A stretch of 64,000 nt of DNA from Octopus sinensis (lineage: Eukaryota). Location of the stretch: positions 24,552,001-24,616,000 of the forward strand of contig NC_043006.1 in NCBI RefSeq assembly GCF_006345805.1, written 5' to 3'. Of this stretch, positions 62,770-64,000 are shown piece by piece; the first letter of the stretch is position 1, and every line of letters begins with the position of its first letter. The notes beneath the pieces were generated by a model that worked only from the letters and a program-made list of their open reading frames with translations, ran no database searches and was not told where the DNA came from. Made by a program: the position numbers and the translations under genes.

Positions 62770-63225
62770 CAATCATCATCATCATCAACATCACTATTTT
62801 AATGTCCACTTTCTTTGTGCTTGCATGGGTTGGTTTGAAATTGCTGAGACAGATTTTCTACTGTCTGAAGCCCTTCCTGTTGCCAACACTCACCTGTTTC
62901 CAAGTAAAGTAATATTTCTTTGTGGGTAAACATTTTCTTAGAAGAATAGAAACAAAGTACACAGATTGTATTACAGTGTCACTCGTTTACAACCATTATG
63001 CAATGTCAAGATAAGGAAATACAAACCATTTCAGTTTCATGTAAAAAGTACCCATTTTGGCGACACATAAAAAGCACCCAGTACACTCTGAAAAGTGGTT
63101 AGCATTAGGAAGGGCATCCAGCTATGGAAACCATGCCAAAACAGACAAGTGGAGCCTGGGCAGCTCCTGTCAAACTGTCCAATCCATGCTAGCATGGAAA
63201 ACAGACTTTAAATGATGATGATGAC
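62770..63225. mobile_element. Two RTE-type tails in opposite orientation (minus 62770-62960, plus 63060-63225)
   Basis: atcatcatc..ccactt..gcttgcatgggttgg (minus-strand tail) and ggttagcattaggaagggcatccagc..gctagcatggaaaacagac..gatgatgatga (plus-strand tail). Confidence 0.7.
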
Positions 63226-64000
63226 AAGGAAAATACAGACATGGGCAGTGGACAACAGAATTAGCTTAGAAGTGAATAAAATGCACTAAAGTATTTCGTA
63301 ATATCTCTTAACACTGTGAGTTTAACTTCCAAGGTTGGCACTACCTTTATCTCTCCAGGAGTTAATAAAAAATAAGTATCAGTCTAGTATTGGAGTTGCT
63401 TTACTAACTAGCATTCCATATCACCCCACCAAATCATGGCTTGATGTGTATGTTATTTCACAGTAAACATTTGAGTACAATGCTACATTATGGACAGAGA
63501 ACTAAACATAAAAAAAAATAATATCTAAAGGACAGAGTGTAAAATGTATCGGTAATTAACAGAGATAGAGGTACCACTTAAATAAATAATGCAAAATAGG
63601 ATGTTATATCAAAGATATAATTGCGAATAGTGTTTTATAAAGAACAAAGTATAAAATGTGACATATTAATAAGCAGCTATGACATTAGTGAAATATTTAC
63701 AAGTATGATTTAAGTTATTTCTATTCATAAATAGTCACAATATTATAGATTATAATACCATGTTGACATGCTACTACAGATTTTTCAGCATTTTCATCAA
63801 CAAAAACCAGTTTTGAAATTAAATTTATAGTTGGTCAACCTAAATTGAATGTTTACATTTTTAAAAGCGAAATATAAATAGCCCTTCTTAGGAGAGAGAA
63901 TTAAGATGTTATGTTTTCATTTTTGAAAAAAACAAAACAAAACAAAGAAATACAAAAAGAAATACCACAATTGCATTGAAAAATATATTTCAGAAATATA

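Noticed and set aside
1-64000. Antisense orientation bias of LINEs as support for a minus-strand host gene
   Set aside because: RTE copies are mostly plus, but CR1, the second RTE, Tx1-like and gypsy elements are minus; too mixed to use.

Overview
AT-rich, CpG-depleted, (TA)n/(CA)n-rich metazoan non-coding DNA. The SINE families and repeat types look like those of an octopus (coleoid cephalopod); this is inferred from recalled repeat families, not a database hit. I found no convincing host protein-coding exon, tRNA gene, rRNA or CRISPR array. The window is a mosaic of mostly decayed transposons: RTE LINEs (one nearly intact at 35433-39246, with a PHD finger inside its RT), CR1, R4-type (RLE) and Tx1-like LINEs, Penelope-like elements (PLEs), a Ty3/gypsy remnant, mariner, Mutator, a piggyBac-type MITE, Helitrons and tRNA-derived SINEs. 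Two signals are not explained by these annotations. (1) Six hammerhead-ribozyme motifs read by eye: an apparently intact non-circularly permuted hammerhead (53371-53429) inside a 788-bp-period, terminally redundant retrozyme-like element; two copies with a G3:C8-swapped core; and three decayed canonical ones. (2) Two minus-strand polypyrimidine-YAG|GTAAGT recursive-splice-like sites about 23 kb apart, each followed by a short RS-exon-like segment and a second consensus donor, suggesting the window lies in a giant, recursively spliced intron. Boundaries of decayed elements are approximate (tens of bp). Ribozyme, splice-site and direct/inverted repeat coordinates were counted base by base.
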